A DNA stretch of 64,000 nt from Utricularia gibba (taxonomy: Eukaryota > Plantae > Magnoliophyta). Position 1 is the stretch's first letter. Each line of letters opens with the position of its first letter. This document shows positions 63,101-64,000 of the stretch, piece by piece. A model generated the notes under the pieces. The model had not been told where the DNA came from. It saw nothing but the letters and a program-made list of their open reading frames with translations, and searched no databases. The stretch covers positions 53,918-117,917 of the forward strand of contig NEEC01000101.1 in the NCBI GenBank assembly GCA_002189035.1, given 5' to 3'. The translations under genes and the position numbers were made by a program.

Positions 63101-64000
63101 GAGAAGGCGCTTTTGTGGGTCACCGAGATCGGGCCGGAATTCGGTCGGGCTTGGGGACAAAGTCAGCTGTAGCCCGTCAAAAGAAGTGATGCATTTATTA
63201 ACGTTGGCTTGTCGGCGGCTGCCCACATGGTTTTTAAAGCAACAGCTTGCCGTTTTAAGGCGGGTGCTGTCGTTGGCAGCTTTGTAAGGGCCCAAGGTTC
63301 GGTCTGGCTCCTGAGCCAATCGGGTCCTACTCGATGAAAATCGTGATGCATTTGCTTTTGTTAGGATGTCATGAGAACCCCAATGGTTTTTTCTCCACAC
63401 TCTACTTTATATTGAGAAGGCGCTCTCGGGGGTTTAGGGATTGGGCCAGAGGTCGGGTCGGGCTCACGCCCATAGTCAGTTGTAGCCCGGAAAATAAGTC
63501 ATGCATTTATCAACGTTGGGTTTTCGGCGGCTGCCTAAATGGTTTTCAAGCAACAGCTTGCCGTTTTAAGGCGGGTGCTGTCGTTGGCAGCTTTGTACGG
63601 GCCCAAGGTTTGGTCTGGCTCCTGAGCCCAATCGGGTCCTACTCGATGAAAATCGTGATGCATTTAATGAAGTTAGGATGTCATGAGCGCCCCAAATGGT
63701 TTTCTCAACAACCTGATTTATATTTGACGAGGTGCTCTAGGCTGGCACTAGTATCGAGCAAATGGTCGAGTCGCGCTCTGGCCCATAGTCATTTGTAGCC
63801 CGGCCAAAAAAGTGATGCATTTATTAACGTTGGGTTTTCGGCGGCTGCCTACATGCTTTTTGAAGCAAAAGTTGTCGTTTTTTGGCGGGTGCTGTTGTTG
63901 GGAACTTCGTCCGGACCCAAGGTTCGGTCTGACTTCACAGCACAATAAGGTCCCATTCGACGAAAATCGTGATACCTTTATTGAAGTTAGGATCTCATGA
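51113..64000 (+). repeat. HOR run 7,9,7,3,3,3,3,5 plus a partial unit; long-range copy of 10012-23007
   Basis: HOR starts at 51113, 53294, 56096, 58246, 59171, 60061, 60996, 61938 and 63498. The order and the diagnostic variants match the run starting at 10012. Confidence 0.85.

Larger units (their letters stand above)
1..64000 (+). repeat. Tandem satellite DNA array: 157-158 bp basic unit, ~314 bp monomer, variable HORs; continues past both window edges
   Basis: The anchor GT(G/C)AT(GC/AC) recurs at 30, 187, 344, 501 and 658, and at 3152, 3310, 3467, 3624, 3781, 3939, 4096, 4253 and 4410 (spacing 157-158 bp). The same motifs continue in the same orientation to the window end, with no unique sequence seen. 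Confidence 0.99.

Noticed and set aside
70-64000. Hundreds of 60-180 aa ORFs on both strands (e.g. MVFQATACRF..., MMHLLTLGFRR..., MCCEVRPNLG...)
   Set aside because: They recur with the satellite period, are opened and closed by frequent 1 bp indels, and resemble no protein family I recognise. The 629 bp dimer is not a multiple of 3 and no long ORF spans units.
1-64000. CRISPR-like repeat/spacer array (conserved short core at regular spacing)
   Set aside because: The sequence between cores is itself repeated rather than unique spacers, the period of 157 bp is too long, and no cas genes are present.
1-64000. Inversions or transposon insertions within the array
   Set aside because: No reverse-orientation monomer or non-satellite segment was seen on reading through, and every HOR interval is consistent with a whole number of monomers.

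Overview
The whole 64 kb window is one uninterrupted, head-to-tail satellite DNA array of eukaryotic type, with no supportable protein-coding gene, RNA gene, transposon or CRISPR. Its structure is nested. (1) A 157-158 bp basic unit starts at AAAAnnGTGATGCATTTA. (2) 'Head' (H1/H2) and 'tail' (T1/T2/T3) versions of this unit alternate to form ~314 bp monomers. (3) Monomers form a ~629 bp dimer, H1-T1-H2-T2. (4) Higher-order repeats (HORs) follow A-(B-C)n-B'-D with n=0-3, giving only 3-, 5-, 7- and 9-mers; I counted 42 complete HORs and about 204 monomers by eye. (5) Sequence-variant domains include a divergent block at about 41.6-50.5 kb. (6) About 13 kb (10.0-23.0 kb) recurs about 41 kb downstream (51.1-64.0 kb). 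The nucleosome-sized unit and HOR organisation fit centromeric or pericentromeric satellite, but neither the organism nor centromere function can be established from sequence. All ORFs in the track are short, recurring by-products of the repeat. Deletion-biased indels suggest consensus errors, so fine-scale variants need read-level confirmation. All counts and alignments were done manually.
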